From Bigelowiella natans CCMP2755 (lineage: Eukaryota > Protista > Cercozoa): a DNA stretch of 64,000 bases. Both the position numbers and the translations under genes were made by a program. Positions 11,167-24,785 of the stretch are shown piece after piece. The notes beneath the pieces were generated by a model. That model did not search any database. It saw nothing but the letters and a program-made list of their open reading frames with translations, and was not told the origin of the DNA. Positions within the stretch are counted from its first letter, which is position 1, and each line of letters begins with the position of its first letter. The stretch is from positions 62,001 through 126,000 of the forward strand of contig ADNK01000149.1 in NCBI GenBank assembly GCA_000320545.1, written 5' to 3'.

Positions 11167-13385
11167 ATGGCGGGCACAGTGGGTGGTGCCCGGAGGACAC
11201 CATCGGGAAGGAGCGGGAAGGCGGAGAGGGAGGAAGATGTCATGGAGGGGACAGGCGCGAGAGCGAAAAAAAAGCGAAAACGAAAGCGGAAAAAGCGAGA
11301 GGGGGCTGGGGACTCCAAGCCAAAAGACCGGTCAGCCGGGAGGACACCATCGGGAAGGAGCGGGAAGGCGGAGAGGGAGGAAGATGTCATGGAGGGGACA
11401 GGCGCGAGAGCGAAAAAAAAGCGAAAACGAAAGCGGAAAAAGCGAGAGGGGGCTGGGGACTCCAAGCCAAAAGACCGGTCAGCCGGGAGGACACCATCGG
11501 GAAGGAGCGGGAAGGCGGAGAGGGAGGAAGATGTCATGGAGGGGACAGGTGCGAGAGCGCCCGAAAAAAAAAAGCGAAAACGAAAGCCAAAGAAGCGAGA
11601 GGGGGCTGGGGACTCCATCAAGCCAAAAGACCGGTCAGCGGATGTTCATCCGAAAAAGAGGGCCCTTCTGGACCAGCGAGAGCAGTTGAAGCATCGTCTA
11701 CAACCAAAAGGAGACTTAGCCGAAGAGGAAATTCCTGAAAGCCATCTCAAGAAGGTATATCTAGACTCATCTTGGGAGAGCAGCATTGTAACCTGAACCA
11801 CGACTCGCGTAATACATAACAGGTAAGGTTCTACCTGTGGTGGTTTGAGGAACGTGCCAAAAAAAGATACAAGTCTCTCCAGAATGGTGGATCACTCAAG
11901 CACGTTCGTCGCGACGGTCAAAGCATTCGAGAGTTCGTACGCGAAGTGGAAGCGAAGGAGGGGGTTAACTTGTTGTATCGACTGAAATTCAATGACGAAC
12001 AAGAACTAGTCACAGTTAGATCGGGGCCGATGAAGAAGAAGACGATTTCAGGACCTAGAGCCGGAAAGCCTCATCAAATCAGGTCAGCAGCTGATGTTGA
12101 TCTCTATTCGTCGAGTAAATAGATGCGAAAATAAATGCCACGCGATATGTGACAGTACTCTCTCTTATCCTTCCTGATGTCCTTTCGCTCTCTCCCTGCT
12201 TTGAACACCTACCTCCTGTGAAGGTATGAGGTTGCATCAGCATCCTACGCAGAAATTGAGGGCCTCGTCAACGATATGATACAGTGGAGAATTCCGAACG
12301 TGTGGTCGGTTGCAAATCATCGTTTTTTTCTAAAATGATTATTGTATGAAGAGGAAGGGGCTGATTGATAGAAGTTCCAAAGATTGACTAAACGAGCTTT
12401 TAAGTTATAGATGAAGCACACATCTTCGTTTCATTTCGATTATTCCATTTAAATTTAAGGGTGAGGAGGACGGAGGGCGTAATGTCCCAACACGTACATG
12501 CACGCATATCTTTTTATTATCGCCAAGAATATATGGAGATATGTCTACTATATTCTTTTTCCCTTAGTAATTATTGCCTCTCCCTCCTCTTCATTAATTT
12601 CATTTCACTAGGGCCGAGGAGGTGGAAAGGCTGAAATCTGTTGAAAAGGAAGAGCTGTTGGCTGCACCCTCGCTGCAATTGATGTCGCTCCCGTATCTCA
12701 GGGAACTTTGCAAACTCAGAGGTAAAGACGATGATGATGATGACACGGATTATGCAAATGACCATGATGAAAAAGAGAAAGAGAAATGCAAGACAGATAG
12801 ACAACAACGAAGAGAGAAAGAAATCATATGTATTATGTGTCTTCATTTATCGGTATGTAGCAGAGGTTGACAGGATAATCTCCTCTCCCTCCCCCCTCCC
12901 CCTCCCCCCCCCTCTCTCTTCCGACCACCCACGCTTCCTCGCACACACTCTACTTCTCAATCGACCCACAGGCCTCCGAAGTAGTGGTTCCAATCGTGAG
13001 ATACTTCTCGAAATTTTGCAGGATGATATTAAACCCGGGGTAGTATATATTATTATGTGTTTTCTCATTATATTGTCCTCCTCATATCCGTCCTCGTCGT
13101 CGTCCTACTCTACGCGTTCGACTTATTATGCTTGAATGTTCTTTACTTCCGTGTCTTGTCCTTGTTCCCCCCGCCATCTCCACCTCTGCTATAACAACCG
13201 TGCCTGTGCAGTGTTTGCCACGGCCTAATCGGATACAATTGGTGACGAGCAAAAAAGCTAAGACGGGTGAAGCGGCGATGTCCAAGCAGAAAATGGTGGA
13301 AATCAATCTCATTTCGGGGTAGCTCGACTAAGAAACCAAAAGCTATATTTGGAAATAAATAACTCACACACACACACATAAAGTT

Positions 13386-13429
<44 letters not shown>

Positions 13430-13532
13430 ATATATGTTTATCGTCATCATCATCATCATCGCCACATGATTAGTAGTGGCAGTACACCAACAATCCAACC
13501 CCATCAACTAGGTTCAGATGATTTATGCTGAC

Positions 13533-13574
<42 letters not shown>

Positions 13575-14361
13575 AAACTACGATAGGAAAGCGACAACTG
13601 CTCGTACTCGTGCAGTGTCAACTAAAAGACGAAGGTCTATTACCACTATTATGCCTATACTTGTTGGCGGTAGGAGGAGGAGGAGGAGGAGGAATGATGG
13701 TAGTTGTGACGATAATACCGTAATAGTAACTGCAACAAGGGTTATTCATGTCATCGTGGGTGCCTTGTTTCTGTGGAAGGTTTTATCGATGCTTCTGAGT
13801 AGTAGCACCGATAAAATTTGGGTGACACATCATGTATCTTTCGAAAGAGAACGTGGTCGACATGTGGCTACGCATGGCAGATGAAAGTCTATCGAATTGA
13901 CGCCGTGGTTATCAATAATAACAACAACAACAACAACAACAACAACCCCAAAACGCAGGATGCATATGCGGTACGACCGGATAGGATATCTCCCTGTAAG
14001 ATTATCTGTTAATGCTGATGCTGCTGCTGCTGCTGATGATGATGGTGATGATAATGATGATGAAGGGGGGAAATGGAAGAAAGAAAGGGAAGGGGGAAAA
14101 GAAGAAGGAATATCCATTCAAACGCACTCGTGGTGTTGCTACTACTACTACTACTACTACTTAGACGTGACATGTAAGCGACTCTATGCGTTATATTGTA
14201 GCAGTATACATTGGCATCATTGTTATTCATACTGTAGGTGCGTGAAATCCTCCCAAATGTTTTGACTCTTCTGGAAAGCGCATTGTTATCACGAGACTGG
14301 CCGACGGTTTCGAGTACTCCGTTAGAATAGCATGGGCATACATCACACACAAGCACACACA

Positions 14362-14426
<65 letters not shown>

Positions 14427-14805
14427 AGACAAAGACACAGACACACACTTGGCGGCAGCGATGTTATATACCTCCCTTCCGTGAGATGGCGGGACTACTC
14501 CTCATCTTTCTCGCCCCCTCCCCCCTTGGTTTTTTATTGGTCTTTCAGGAAGCATCCTGGTACTAGACAAATGCTACGATTTCTTACCACAGGTAGTCGT
14601 ACTGCCATCATCGCTCTGCTTCTCCTCTCCCTCCTCCATCCACTACTCTCTTATTTTATTGCATGGGGGGCCATGTTTTATGGCCTTCTTATTCTTCTTC
14701 TTTCTCTACTTCTTCTTCCTAGGAGCTGCTTGAGACATTGTTGGAACTTCACCGTTGCTTTCGGTGAGTTGTATTGTAGTCGTCTTTTTTTAAGTCAGTA
14801 GGTGG

Positions 14806-14839
<34 letters not shown>

Positions 14840-15384
14840 ATTGGTGGGGGTCGTGGTGGTGGCGGTAAGGCAGCAGATCAGATTGGGAATGATGATGGTG
14901 ATGATGGTGACGGCTGGGTACTAATCGATCATTTGAGAAGGAGAGAGGGAGGGGGGAGGGGAGAAACAGACATGTTAACTCCTCGATTGATCGTCTCGTC
15001 TGTGTTATGTTATTACAGGCCTTCCCTGACAAAGAACCTTCTACAAACTATGAGTATATGCCTATGAAACCATCCTTCACATGCAACGAGGAAGGGCCAC
15101 GGGAGGGAGATTGATCGATTACTTGTGCAAACAAATTTCTTGAAGAAACAACTGGCGCATAGCTCTCCGCACTGATTATCACCCCTTTGTAGCAAAAAAA
15201 ATATTAAAGAAATTACGAAACGCTCGGTTTTTATCCTCTACAGGAGGCACAAATAATCACATCAACAAGCGCAAAGTATCCCTCGAGCTCGCATATGCGC
15301 TGATCGCAGGTGATGGTGGTGATGGCGATGATAATGATAATGGAGACAGTGATGAGCATGATGATGTAAAGCATCACGACACAC

Positions 15385-15423
<39 letters not shown>

Positions 15424-15861
15424 CTCTCCACAAAGAGAATATGGACATTTGACACTAGAATTGGCTCAGTGAAGTCTTTGAGAGATTATGATGATGATGA
15501 TGATGATGATGATGGTGATAACAAGGACTCTCTTTCTCTTTCATTGCACCATCACACTATCATTGTAATATCTCCTAACACTTTGCGCATATGATGTACT
15601 GTCGTTGTCGTTCTCATACTTCTACCAGTCGCTACCACACTACTCCTTTCCTAATCTTGTTATCGCTGCTGCGTGTCACGACTACTTATCAGAAGGCCGA
15701 TGGGGCGAAGCCGTGCGAGACCTGAGGGAGCATGTTTCTGTAAACTAAACCAACCACCCGAAAACTACTTAACAACACACGCAAGAATAATGTGTAGTCA
15801 TAATCCCTTAATATATTTATATATATAAATATAAATATATATGTATATCTGTGTGTATGTG

Positions 15862-15904
<43 letters not shown>

Positions 15905-16098
15905 TTGCTATATGCAAGTGTGAATATGTATATGTGTGCAATAAATTTCGTCCACGCACATGCAGCCCTACCACTCATCCTCTCTCTCTCACTCACCCAC
16001 TCGTTGTTTAAGTGGTAGTACATTCATAATGTTGTCATCATCCGCAGCATCGATACATGCGCAACTTACCGGAGGCTTACTGGTAGTAGTAGTAGCAT

Positions 16099-16131
<33 letters not shown>

Positions 16132-16557
16132 ATGGTAGTAATTTCTTAAAAACATACCCATCGAATGTTAATTTAATACCCTGGAGGTCAAAAAGATGGG
16201 AAAGGGAGAGGGGGGGGACAAGAGGGACGAAGACAGGCAATATATTGCTACAGCAGTAGAAGCAATAGCAGAACGGCAGCATTATGTATATATGTGCTGT
16301 ATACGTTCGTCCCCCCCTCCTCCTCCTCCTCCTCCTCCTCGTCACTGCTCATAATACCGTAGTTTGCTGGGAGTTGCTTCCTATAGCTTAGCAGAGGAGG
16401 TGGCTTGCGAGAAACTGCGCACTTCTCGGAACAGATCGCGTATTATGAGACAGGTGCCGGAGTTAGCCATGTATATTATTACTAGTAGTAGTCGCCACAC
16501 TAGTAAGAGAACAATGTGTGATAAGTTGCACACATCGCCTCACTCACTGTTTGCTTG

Positions 16558-16607
<50 letters not shown>

Positions 16608-16759
16608 ATGTGCAGGACAAATCTATGAGATTGGCTCGGAGAAACCTTGCCACGTCAGTCAGAGACGAATCAGAAGATTCATGATAATGGCAATGATGGA
16701 TGTGTTTCACGCGAATATAAATTAATTAATAACATGTATATTAGTTAATATATACTATG

Positions 16760-16792
<33 letters not shown>

Positions 16793-17595
16793 TCTTCATA
16801 ATCATGCCAATTACATACTAGTGCGGTAGAATTCTTCGGTAAATCGCTGAGGCTCTTGCGAGAGACAGAGGGACTTGCAGAAGCACAGAAGCGTTATTAT
16901 CAACGTAAAGCTGCGAAAGCTGAGCGGCGGCAGTATGGCAACGGAGACGTACATGACGATGAGGTATGTGAGAATCTCCGCCCACTGTCGCACTGCGGGA
17001 TGTAGATCTCTTTTTAGATGATCGGAATCATCCGAAAAAAAAGTGGGCAGCGATGAAAAAGCGATGACGCGACCAGTCTATCTGATTGAGGGCGCCTACA
17101 TGCGACGAGGCAGCCCTTCATAGCAATGTTCATAGTAGTGGGGGGGGGGGATGCAATGCTAATCAATACACGTGTCCTCTGCTTACACCTCCTTCTTCTA
17201 CCGTACGACGAATGTGCTCAGGCTGGTCTACTATTCCATGGCGAGGGACAGAGACGATTGTCAGGCTTCCTTTCCTTCGATTTCTTTGTTCTTCCAAATC
17301 AACAAACACAGCGAGGGCGATATGTGATGCGCATCATCTAGTATATGTTAATGAACTCATCGGTATCCTCCCTAACATCCCATATTCAAGGTACAAAAAG
17401 AGGACTGATCGCCTCGCTAAAGCAGTCACATCCCGATCTAGAAAGGATCATAGAAGCAATAGCAATAATAATGCTGATAATCCTAATAATAATGGTGATG
17501 ATGGTGGCGACGGTGATGCTAGCCGCTGCTCTTCTTCGCTTAATCTACCTTGGCGCCTAAACGCCGAGTTCCCAAAAGGGAATGGAACTGAACCG

Positions 17596-17634
<39 letters not shown>

Positions 17635-19895
17635 AAGAGACGGGAGATAATGGAATCTGTGTCATGACGTCACTCGCTCACAAGGCACTATATTATTAGA
17701 TGCTATAGCATCATTTTCTCTTGCTTTCCTTCTTAAATACCATACAGATCATCATTCTCATGGATGTAGCAGCAAATTGATAATATCGGTCGACAGGTTA
17801 CCTCAACAGCGGCTCCCCGTGCTATTCTCTGCTGTTACCTCTATCGAATTGCAAGATGGCCTATTGCATACAGCAAGGCGATTTCCGCCAGAACAAAGGT
17901 TGTGCACTACCCCCATCGTAATCATTACCATCATTATTATCATCATATTCTTGTTTGTTGGCCGTGTTCTGCCTCTGGGACTTGTGGCGTGAGGGCGTGT
18001 GTGTGTGGGGGGGGGGGGGGGGGGGGGGTTGGCGGCGATGATGATGTCTCGTACATTTCACTCTCCAGGGGAAGGCCAGCCTATTGCTCCGTGATCTTTT
18101 TTTTGAGGAGGCGAGGAAATATGCTGCTGTTGATGGAGAAGGCAGGGACAACAAAGGTCTTCAGCAGCAACTGGGGGAGGAAAAGGAGGAGGAAAAGGAG
18201 GAGGAAAAGGAGGAGAAGGAGGATGAGGACAGTAGCGAGGATGATCAGAAGAAGACAATAGAAGGCAAACCAATATTACATCGTCCGCCACGACCTCAAC
18301 TCCCAAAGCCGTGCCTACCCCCAGATCTGCTGTTCTGCGCATTTTGCTTAGATGGTGCGTGGAGGAGGAGAATCAGCAGCAGCGCCAGCAGCAGAAGAAG
18401 AACACGGAGAAGAAGAAGAAGAAAAGTAGCAGGCATGGTGAGGATGATGATGGTGGTGGTGGTAGCAGTCAAGAAAGCAGTAATGATGAAGATGATGATG
18501 AATCCGATAGTGATGACGATGATGACGACGACAGTGACGATAGCGACAATGAGGACGATGACGAAGACCATAAAGAAGGGGAGGGGACGAATAGAGTAAG
18601 GGAACGTAATAGTGCTGGTAGTCCTTCTTCTTCTGTATTACTATCGTTTTCCATGGCGGCAATAGAGGCTGCTCGCAGAGTGCTTAGAATAGATCCAGTC
18701 AATGACGAAGGTAAAGCATCAATGAATGATTGATACCAGCAGCTAGTAGTGAGAAGAAGAAGGAGATGAAGAAGGAGTAGAAGAATGGAAAAGAAGGAGG
18801 GCCTCGGCCATCATCATCATTATTTGATTCGTGCAGCCAGCCAAATTTTCCTCCTCCTCTCCTCTTCCTCCTTGTCATTTTCATCATATCCACATCCTTC
18901 TCACAAACTATTTTCATGATCGGCTTCTTCTTCTCCTTTATCATCTTCTCCCTCTTCTTCTGCTTTTTCTTCTCAGCCCTCAATCAATTACTGCTGGCTC
19001 ATCATCAGAGGTATGCTTTACACACATACATGCAGCTACTCAATCAGCCAGGAGAATGAGAATGCAAGAAGAGGAAGAAGGAGAAGAACCACATTCTTGA
19101 TGTTTCCTCTATATCATCCCAACAGTTTATTTCATGTTGTTTTCTATTAGGAACCCTTCCTCCTCCTCCTTTTCCCTTCCTTCTGATTCTGCAAACCCGT
19201 CCTTATCGCTGGCGGGTCATCCAGAGATAAACCGGGAATTAGAGTGTGTGGAGGCAATCGCGAGCCGAATGGATTATGGCGCCACAACGATCACTGTAAC
19301 AACAGCAGCACCAACCACAGTTAATAGTAAAAGCAGGAGGTTGTCATCGTCATCTTCATCGTCACCATCACCATCGTCGCTGTCGTCCGTATCCTGCTGG
19401 ACCATTCTAAGTTCTCATCTTCTGAGTCTGAAAAAGATGCTGCAGCAGCTGCAGAAGCAGGCCAGTCAAAAGGGCTCCTCCACCTCCTCTTCGAAGGAGT
19501 GTGTGCCGTCTTTTCCTCTCCCAGAAGATGCAAGATTTGCATTCCAGGACAGGGTAATAGGGAGGTCGGGGATCGGAACCTAATTTTCTAAAAAAAAAAT
19601 GGTTTTTTTAAATATGTACATGCGCACATTATTTGTTCCGAGTCCATCAATATCTCCCCCCTATTCTGGGACCTCTTCCCCACTTTTTACCGAAAGTTGA
19701 AGCAAATCTTCCGTGCAGTTTGCGGCTTTCAACTAACCCTCAACCTTCAACTGCTGTCAGTACGACTGGTGGATGCGAAGCGGACAGCATTTCGGCTGCA
19801 TGCGAGCGGACGCGAGCACTGCGACTTCTGATAAGAATAATTGGGAGCAGGCACGACACAAGTGCAGAAGACTAATAGAGGAGATTTTTTGGTAG
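11167..19895 (+). CDS. TAF1A (RNA polymerase I SL1/core factor subunit A)-like helical-repeat protein with N-terminal basic repeats and SAP domain, many exons
   Basis: SAP-like LQLMSLPYLRELCKLRG/LRSSGSNREILLEIL. TAF1A-like segments LLESALLSRDW, GRWGEAVRDL, LLGVASYSLA, EAARRVLRIDP, LECVEAIASRMDY..CW, and C-terminal FQDR/YDWWMRSGQHF. Some middle exons unresolved; could be two genes. Confidence 0.6.
11194..11641 (+). repeat. Coding tandem repeat, 3 x 147 bp (49 aa)
   Basis: Units start at 11194, 11341 and 11488. Each encodes RTPSGRSGKAEREEDVMEGTGARAKKKRKRKRKKREGAGDSKPKDRSAG; copy 3 has small in-frame insertions. Confidence 0.97.
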
Positions 19896-20567
19896 CACGT
19901 ATTATCTCTTGCCACTATCGGCTTGACCATATGTAACGCCAATGAAATCTTATCCTCCCAAGCGTAGCCGTGAACGCTTCCTGGCATGACATCTACGTGT
20001 ACGGCTCCGCAGCTAGTCTACACATCGAATAGCATCGCATGTGCGTGTTCGTTGTCATAAAATATGTAGCGTAACACATGTACGTGCGTAGACGTACGGC
20101 ATCTAAATTTGCCATACTAAAAGACTCCTATCTTGTCAGATGAATTGGCTGTAGCCTAGCTAGCTAGCAAAGCTACACTAATAGATGCTGTTCACGGGAT
20201 AGCTTTATTTGCTGTTTGTAGCAGTGCTATTACACCGCACGCACACTGAATTACATTAGATTCTTTTTTCCTGTTTGTACGTATAATGCGTGTACAGCTA
20301 GCATATGCTCATACAACAACGAGCGCTTTGATAGCTATAGCAAGTACGCAATGATTTACAATGCGCACTTCATTATTCGTTTATAGCTGTACCGATTTGT
20401 CTAATGATTGTGAGCGCAGGAGCGCGGCGCGCGGATATAAGTGCGTAACTAGTAGGGGGGTGAGGCGCAAGAAGTGTATTCACCAAGCACTTTTTTAGTT
20501 CAAACTATAGACAATCTCGGTTCGCAGAAACATGCTCCTGCATCCTGCTGCCGACTACCTAAGTTTT

Positions 20568-21461
20568 TCATTCTTCTACGACTTTCCACGTAATTTTCCG
20601 GGTGCCTCGAATCTTACGTACTCTATCTACCATTTCCTTCTTTTCCTCATCATACACCTGTTCTCGTTCTCCCCTGAAAGTCAATACACCCCATGCTCGA
20701 GGAGAAGCCTGTATGTGAAACAGAAATAAATCATATATATTATGGGCAGCATCAACTGCTGCAGCGTACCCTTGCGACAATCTTGGTTTTCGTGACTTCC
20801 CAGAAACAAGGCTCTGGGTATCTGTCCCATAATTCACGGGTTACCTATGAAATAATGGCGTAGGTCAGGGGTACAACAACTTATTTATACACGTTGCCAA
20901 CAGCGAGAGAAGAAAACATACAGAATTACCTTAAGTCCCTCACCGACCCTCTCAATATGCACTGGGCTATTTGGCTTTTCCTAATCATCGGGTGAAACAG
21001 AGAAGTCATCATCATACTTTTTCATACTGCAGAGATCGAAAACAAATGTTCTTCACCTCGTTCATCTCCTTGTGCTTCTCGTGGATGATCTTCCACAGTG
21101 TCGGCTGATAAATAAGAATGCATCTGTCACAACACCGGTCCGAAATTGCGGAAGAATGAAACGAATACAAATAACGCTGAGCTACCTTTTCGATCTGACT
21201 GTCCGGGAAGTGGTTGCTTTGAGTGTAGCGTGCAAAGACCCGTTTCTTAACAACACCGAACTCATCCTCCTCCTCTACCTGCTCAGCCTGTGCCTGATCC
21301 GAGAAAATTCGACGAGGGACGGTTATCATGGCATTTGTCCTCCACCGAAGAAAGCGAAGGGGGGCTTGAGGTTGGGCCATAGCTGCAGCCCTGACAACCG
21401 GTGCCGTCGTTGCTGCGGTCCTACACCGCACAAGAAGCGCTTGGCGCAGGTGGTGCGCCAT
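20568..21461 (-). CDS. MRPS34: Mitochondrial ribosomal protein mS34
   Basis: R/A-rich presequence, then GEGLK/VTRELWDRYPEPCFWEVTK and RAWGVLTFRG...RKIRG motifs typical of mS34. Confidence 0.85.
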
Positions 21462-21608
21462 GGGTCTCTACTACTCTCGCTTGTGACGGAGACAGAAAAT
21501 AAGTGTGAAAACAAGGCAATTTTTATGTGCGACAACGATTTTTTAAGGAATCGAGCCAAGGTTCTTCCTGGTCAATGAACTAGACGTAGAGGAGTCATTC
21601 CGTTCCGA
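21462..21608. promoter_or_regulatory. Putative bidirectional promoter (MRPS34 / ABHD11)
   Basis: 147 bp between divergent ATGs. Confidence 0.6.
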
Positions 21609-21616
21609 ATGGCTGC

Positions 21617-21648
<32 letters not shown>

Positions 21649-22927
21649 GCAAGTGGGCTGCCCGGCGGATCAGGGCCTCCCTGACGTCGTGCTGGAAGCC
21701 AAAGACCCCACGTGTCCAGCGGCAGCGCAGATCGATCTCCTCCTCAGGAATCAAGGCTCTTCCCATTAACTTTCGTATTGCTCTCGATGGAAAGGACCTT
21801 CCAGCAGGGTCAGGCATACCCAGTAGCACGTCGAACAAACTACCACTCGTTGTTGTCCATGGTCTCCTAGGCTCCGGACCAAACATGAGGCAGTTCACGC
21901 TGAATCCATCAATATCTGGGGATCGTCCTGTCGTACGAGTCGACCTACGTAATCACGGCTTAAGTCCTCATAGCGATGTGATGTCTACAGAGGCTATGGC
22001 TCATGATCTTATTCAGCTTCTCGATGATCTTAACCTGGAGGAGGCCCTTTTTCTTGGTAGTCATAAGGGACACAGACTTTCCCTCCCCTCCTAAAAACTT
22101 GATTCTCTTCTGAACGGAAACCGAATCTCATCATTACAGGTCACTCACTCGGGGGCCGGGCAGCAATGGCAGCAGCACTGCTCGTAGGACTTACTATTTT
22201 TCCTTGAATCTAACCAGCCAATCCCAAACAACGCACATTCAAGAAAATGGATTGTCTTCTACTTGACATTATATTGGATGTTGTATATTCTTGCTGTCTT
22301 TCGCCTCTCCTCCCCTCCTCTCCCTCCTCCTCCCTAACACAGTTCCCCGAGTAGAGTGAAGGCCCTCATTGCATCTGACATCGCACCTGTACAATACACT
22401 GAAGACGACCATGCGGATCCGGGCACCTCCCTCCGTGGCATTACGGATTCAATGGCAGCCCTTGATCTTTCGCTGATTAACACGCGTAAAGATGCGATGG
22501 AGAGGCTTGCTGTGCGTATTCCGAACCCGGCAATTTGTGGCTTCGTCCTAATGAACCTTGAGAAAAGCAAAGATGGAGGTTGGCAGTGGAAATGCAACCT
22601 GGAGGTGCTGCGACGATCGCTTAACAAGTGGGATAATTTTGCTACGATGATAGATCACGGCAGCTCATATTCAGGTCCGACCCTCTTCGTGAAAGGGGGG
22701 CGCTCAGCGTACATTCAGCCTGAAAACGCACAGCACATGGACGCAATCCAGACGCTATTTCCAGGATATGAAATTGAAACAATCAAAGATGCTGGCCATT
22801 GGATACATGCGGAGAAACCCAAGGAGTTTGTACAAGTAGCAGAAAGGTAGAGTTTGTGGTCTATCGAATGTCAATGCTCTAATGATTCTTTTTTGAATAC
22901 ACTAGCTTTCTTAACAAGATCGACTGA
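21609..22927 (+). CDS. ABHD11: Alpha/beta hydrolase, ABHD11/YbfF-like esterase, mitochondrial presequence-like N-terminus
   Basis: VVHGLLGSGPN, VDLRNHGLSPH, G/HSLGG nucleophile elbow, DIAP, GPTLFVKGGRS, AGHWIHAEKP; four exons. Confidence 0.92.
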
Positions 22928-23429
22928 TTGCTTTTCAATGTGCGAAGATCACATTGCAGGAGATCTAAGTAGCGGTGTACGCAGAATTTAGTTTTCCAAG
23001 ATATTGTAAAATATCGTAGATATTGCGACGGTAATTTCTCAAATAGACCACGATGGCTCAGTCTATATAATGTGCGATGACGAGCGATAATTCAAGTATC
23101 TACCATGAGCATACGCTTTCTCCACGCACAAGAATTTGTATCGTATGCATGCATGTTACATATTTTTTTATCTCAAAAATTGCATGCTATCATTTGCTGT
23201 CATGTAAATACATGAGCGTCATGGCAATGAAGTAGGATCATGTAAGTAGAATTTGCGCGCGATGCCACTATTGTTACATTACCTCGCTCTAGACCTACAA
23301 TGCACGATCGCAATCGAGTATCCGCAATATGTGCGTGTGTGTACGTATATTTTGAAAAGCTTGGTACTTTAAGAACTCAAACTTATATTGCGTCATCCAT
23401 AAAAGATACTAGCCGAGGTATGCACTCGA

Positions 23430-24785
23430 TCAGCATTCGCCAGTGTATTTTGGCCAAAATTCAGCGTGAATTTCCCTACAAAATCCTTCTTCGACTGCAA
23501 AAAAATATTTCGAAAGAAATATCAAATCGTACCCCATCATTACTCGACTTTTCCATTAACATCGTCATCGCTAGACAAAGTATCATGTTTAGGATTCTTC
23601 AATAAATTCCATATTTATGAATACCTGGCCCTTTGACCTCCACTCTACTACCCTGAGCTTTTGAGAAAACAGTCCTCGATGATAAACTGGAAAATTAACG
23701 CAGATGATGGGCATGAGCAGAAACTTTGAAATTATGACGATGGGAAAGTTTTGTTATGACATTGAACGAAAGATTTTAACAAAAAGTTCCTTTTGATTCT
23801 TGCCAAATGAACAAACCACTGATAAGACAATAAACTTACCGTAAAGCTGGGTCATGAGGTTTAGGTGCAGAGATTTTGTACAATGCAGTGTCGGAGCATC
23901 CATAGACAACCCTAACACGTTTCAGACTCTTAGTATGGCAGCCGTAGCGATAATTTGTTGGTCATGGTGGAGGAAAATCGAACAAGATATATGTGCTCCT
24001 ATCCACCTCTTGATCCCAGCCCAATAAATCGCTCCAGCGCACATGCAGCAAGGTTCCGTTGAAGTGTATAGTGCGCATTCGCCTAGCCTTTCTCTGGAAA
24101 ATTTCTTTGTCGCTATCCGAATCTGGAAGGTGAGAGACAATTATTTTGACAATTTACCGATTGTTTTGAAGCTACCAAATTAGTCTCCGCATGGCCGGTC
24201 GTATCCTTCTCGGTTACAACTGTATTCTCAGCAGTTGCAATGATGCGTCGAGACGGTACGTGCACCTACTTGAGTCGTTTGGTAAATTCACATGAACAGG
24301 GGGTACCAGGCGAGTTTCATACCAAAAGCGCCCCGAATGGATGATTCCCTTTATTTACAGCCTTACGAGCTATCATGACCTAGTTTACACCGTCAATGCT
24401 TACAAAATAAAAGCAGAAAAGATAATGTGGAAACTTGACGTACAGATTCTCGGATGAGATCTTCGTCAGTCCTGCCTTTTATGTCGATATCAACAACCTA
24501 GATCATCGTAGATTGTTATCTACAGGTAATTAGCAGGGCGTGGAAACTGCGTCAGTCAACCTGAAGCGCCATGGATCTTTGTAATGAGATGGTTACAGGA
24601 GAAAAGGAAAGACAAGAGAAAGGGTCAGCTTCTGCAAAAAAACTGAAAATAAAGGACTCTCACCTCCTGTTGCCGCTGAGATACCTGAATAGCTTCACAC
24701 CTATAGTGGCAATGGCAGCACCCCCAGCCGCAGCCGCCAAATACGGAAGCGCGCACTGTGAGGGTCGTGTGGAGGAAGCTGCCAT
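23430..24785 (-). CDS. Zinc-dependent nucleoside/nucleobase deaminase (cytidine deaminase/TadA-like fold) with N-terminal hydrophobic anchor
   Basis: Exons give GNHPFGALL / AENTV..DTTGHAETNL / LYTSTEPCCMCAGAIYWAGIKR / VVYG / EVKGP / EIHAEFW. HxE and PCxxC motifs intact. Confidence 0.92.

Noticed and set aside
11194-11641. 147-bp unit as a nucleosome-positioning satellite or CRISPR-like array
   Set aside because: It is an in-frame coding repeat (49 codons) with no spacers; the length match is probably coincidence.
14165-14173. 9-nt micro-exon (ttag|acgtgacat|gtaagc)
   Set aside because: Inclusion gives a stop codon in the frames compatible with the next exon; it could only be a poison exon, and there are no transcript data.
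23430-24785. The TadA-fold deaminase as the enzyme causing TpA>TpG erasure
   Set aside because: Tempting because TadA-type enzymes favour TA contexts. However, its C-terminus and membrane anchor look like a free nucleoside/nucleobase deaminase, it has no DNA-binding or nuclear features, and proximity means little in a eukaryote.
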